Sequence record: PZ151149.1
Strand: one strand, 5' to 3'
Origin: a phage
Length of the DNA stretch: 64,000 nucleotides
Below, piece after piece: positions 63,661 through 64,000 of this stretch. The position numbers were made by a program, and so were the translations under genes. Below the pieces are notes generated by a model that did not search any database, was not told where the DNA came from, and saw only the letters and a program-made list of their open reading frames with translations. How positions within the stretch are numbered: the first letter of the stretch is position 1; the number at the start of each line of letters is the position of its first letter.

Positions 63661-64000
63661 TTATGCTAACATATCTTCGATTTCTTTGTCAACTGCTTCG
63701 TCGCTGATCACTTGCCCCAGCTTATAATGATCGTTGATTGCTTCGTTGAACTTATCGTTTGTCAGAAGTGGTTTCCAGAACTCAATGCTATTGGTTTCTT
63801 TAGCACGGAACTTGCGTTCTTCGGTTTCCATCTCTCCGGTCTCAATATTCAGGATTGAACGAGAATACCAGCCGTTTGACGGTTTCACTACCCAACCTAA
63901 CTCTACAGCCAATTCCAGCAAGCCAGAATAAGGATCGATACCACCGCTAAATGTTACGCTAATCGGGAACTTAGATTTTTCTTTAACGGTTCGTGATTTT
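63661..64000 (-). CDS. uvsX: RecA-like recombinase UvsX, C-terminal part only (runs off window end)
   Basis: Frame open to the window edge; C-terminal GWYSRS motif like RecA G(A)WYSY; position upstream of 40/41; track start at 63921 is an internal TTG. Confidence 0.5.
   Translation of the reverse strand, partial: KSRTVKEKSKFPISVTFSGGIDPYSGLLELAVELGWVVKPSNGWYSRSILNIETGEMETEERKFRAKETNSIEFWKPLLTNDKFNEAINDHYKLGQVISDEAVDKEIEDMLA

Noticed and set aside
1-64000. tRNA genes, rRNA, CRISPR arrays, integrase or prophage boundaries
   Set aside because: None seen: intergenic spaces are short and filled by promoters and hairpins. I could not run a tRNA scan, so a small tRNA cannot be fully excluded.

Overview
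This window reads as a contiguous segment of a T4-like (T-even type, Straboviridae) lytic phage genome, with about 115 protein-coding genes and no rRNA, tRNA or CRISPR that I could detect by eye. Most genes are on the minus strand and form the early/middle replication and nucleotide-metabolism blocks, in T4-like order: uvsX (partial), helicase 41, primase 61, dda, dexA, topoisomerase 39, rIIA, rIIB, topoisomerase 52, then RNase H, 59, 32, frd, td, nrdA, nrdB, then RNA ligase, spanins, pseT, cd, 31, DNA ligase 30 and alt. A plus-strand late module (about 28.2-39.9 kb) encodes the long tail fibre proteins 34, 35, 36 and 37, three small glycine-rich paralogs, and holin t. At least 15 copies of a conserved early-promoter/5'UTR/Shine-Dalgarno cassette sit in front of small minus-strand genes, and GC-rich hairpin terminators and three TATAAATA late promoters are visible. 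The most interesting content is accessory: the glycine-rich trio in the gp38 position, a five-member small-protein family between alt and ligase, a NADAR-family gene alongside three ADP-ribosyltransferases, a td gene with a roughly 125-aa insertion, six free-standing nuclease genes, and a promoter-driven secreted LprI-like protein. All calls come from reading the ORF translations and sequence motifs; no database search was run, and family assignments rest on recalled motifs and synteny. Coordinates of short regulatory elements were hand-counted and may be off by 1-2 nt; the provided ORF track uses TTG/GTG starts, so several CDS starts were moved to an internal ATG with a Shine-Dalgarno.
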